Positions 62,022 through 64,000 of a stretch of DNA of 64,000 bases are shown one piece after another (the first letter of the stretch is position 1; each line of letters starts with the position of its first letter). The notes beneath the pieces are model-generated. The model saw only the letters and a program-made list of their open reading frames with translations. It was not told where the DNA came from and searched no databases. The stretch spans positions 19,656,001 through 19,720,000 of the forward strand of contig CM059433.1 in the NCBI GenBank assembly GCA_030390025.1, written 5' to 3'. A program made the translations under genes and the position numbers. The DNA comes from Squalus acanthias (lineage: Eukaryota).

Positions 62022-64000
62022 CTGGGTATTTTTTAAGATCACAGGCTGAATGGAGAAGCAGAGGGGCAGTTACATTCTTTCGATCAAACTCTTTGCAGTT
62101 GCCCAGTACACTAACGGTGAGCCGCTGTCAAAATACCTTGAGGAGACAGGTTCTTACACATCTCCAGTCTGCTTTACAAAATATTAATATCAATTCATTA
62201 ACAGTTCTAAACCCTTGCATTCAGAGTGCATTCAAATATTATTGTTCACAAATGGAGAATTATGAAAATATGTGCACAGCTGCACAATGAGACAAGGACT
62301 TGTAAATTCATTCATAGAATTAGTAAGCACTTACAGTTACAGAAATACATAATTTTGTGCTTTTATATTCTTTCCTCACCAATACTGTAAAAGAACAAGC
62401 AAATTTGGATTTAACTGATCTGGGAGCTGAGCCACTATTTTGTGGAATTTTGCTTGGTAAAGTACTTGCACTGAAATGTTATTGCCATATGGTTTTCACC
62501 TAATGTATTAATATATTACACGATATTGAAGTATTTTTACCAGCTTTCCAAATACAAATAATGATTTTCATAAAATAAAGTCTGCAAAAAAAAAAAAGTT
62601 TTCTGATAAACTTTCTCGTTTCTTTTTTCCTTCTGTGAGTGTAGATAACCTATTTCCCCTCTTTTCTCTCCCCTCACGGTTCCGCTAATCCCAAGCCACT
62701 GGCCTCTATGTCTGTAAGGGTGGAGCAGCCAGTTGAGCATTTCTGAAGCACTTTTCTGAGTTGAAGTGTTGGGTTCTCCCAGGCGATGCTGTGTAGTAAT
62801 TTCAATCGGGTTTCTTTTTACAAGGATGTGAAAAGTTTCTAAAACCTGGGATGAGATTACACTGTAATTCTACCACAGTGATGTTCTCTTAGGATGCAGT
62901 TATACTGGCCCACTCCTCTATTGTGGCAAAGTGGTTTGCTCGGTGACAGTATAACTCTGGGATCTTACACTGCAGTGCATTAAAGCAGAAGGAGTGCAAC
63001 TCCTTTCGTCAGGGATTTCCCACCTCTCTTCCAGTCTGCAGGCGGCAGTATAACTCTGACTTGCATCTGCAAGAATCAATTCCGCCCTCTGCCAACATCA
63101 GCAACAACCTGGCCTCCAGGCATTGCTGATTAAAGCCATAAGGTACAATTTTTTTAAGGGGGTAACATAGCAGCCTCAGTCAGGGACAGAGAAGATAGAA
63201 TTAGATTTGGATTATGAAATATATCAGCTAACCTTTCGTTATGGGCGGTTTGCTTAAATGATGTCAACCTTGAAGATTGCCGAACTGATTTTTAAAATAA
63301 CTTGTTCGATCTCCCAGTTTCAGTTACGAAAGTGAGCCACCCTTGCGGGAGCATTGCCTTTTCACGGGGGACGGAATCACCTTACATACAGTTGTTACAG
63401 TGCCACCTGAAGTTTACAGGCAATGCTGGGCTGCTGAGGACACATAGTAAAAGAGATGTTCCAACAATGATTTCAATTAACTTTGTGTATCCCCCTCTAA
63501 TTTCTCCCCTTCCGCCCAAAGCGTCTCATTGTTGCACATTTGTGTCAAGTTGGAAGCACAGAATGATAAGTCAGCAAGCTTCATGTCACAGTGGCTCCAT
63601 GCTCGGGCAAACAGAGACATGCCTGCTTCTAGGTGTGAGGCCCTCTGTTTTTCCTCTGAATAAACCATCCTGCAGCAAATAACTGACATGCCATAGAATC
63701 AGCATGTCATCTGAGGAAGGGACCAACTTGTCACCATACAATTAACCAAAATACATTCACTCCCAACTATATGTACAGACAATTTCTTTGGAGATGTCTC
63801 ATAATCCTCTTTGTGATGTAACACTGCATTTAGATAAAGAATAACCAAGCTGTTGATACTGGAAATTGTAATCGCAGTTGTAGGTTTTAATAATTGATAT
63901 ATTACTTTAAAAATACTTTCATCCCCTATCCTGCTGGGCTATGGTTTCATAGGCATGGCCAATCTTCTCGTATCTCCAGATAGTGAGGCTATTCTGCTAT

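Overview
Vertebrate genomic DNA, most likely from a cartilaginous fish. This is inferred from my recognition of shark-type repeat families: two CR1-group LINEs, L2, a Deu-domain SINE, Penelope and Harbinger. Bases 1 to ~46.7 kb are an intergenic, heavily nested transposon graveyard. They hold decayed LINEs and SINEs, five PIF/Harbinger remnants with Myb/SANT and/or HARBI1-type transposase pseudogene pieces, about ten TIR MITEs with 3-bp TSDs, and six Penelope-like (PLE) fragments. The PLE fragments carry five core-intact and one core-mutated minimal type-I hammerhead ribozyme motifs. One PLE is a 1.1-kb near-perfect palindrome with a ribozyme in each arm, and another is a 183-bp ribozyme-only insertion with its own TSD. 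A CpG-rich promoter-like region at ~46.7-48.2 kb precedes a probable first coding exon (signal peptide, 48227-48293, + strand) of an unidentified secreted or membrane protein gene. The rest of the window looks like its first intron and contains four distinct tandem arrays, one built from Ig-switch-like GAGCT/GGGGT pentamers. No intact autonomous element and no complete host gene is visible. Most TE boundaries are by eye and approximate unless TSD coordinates are given.
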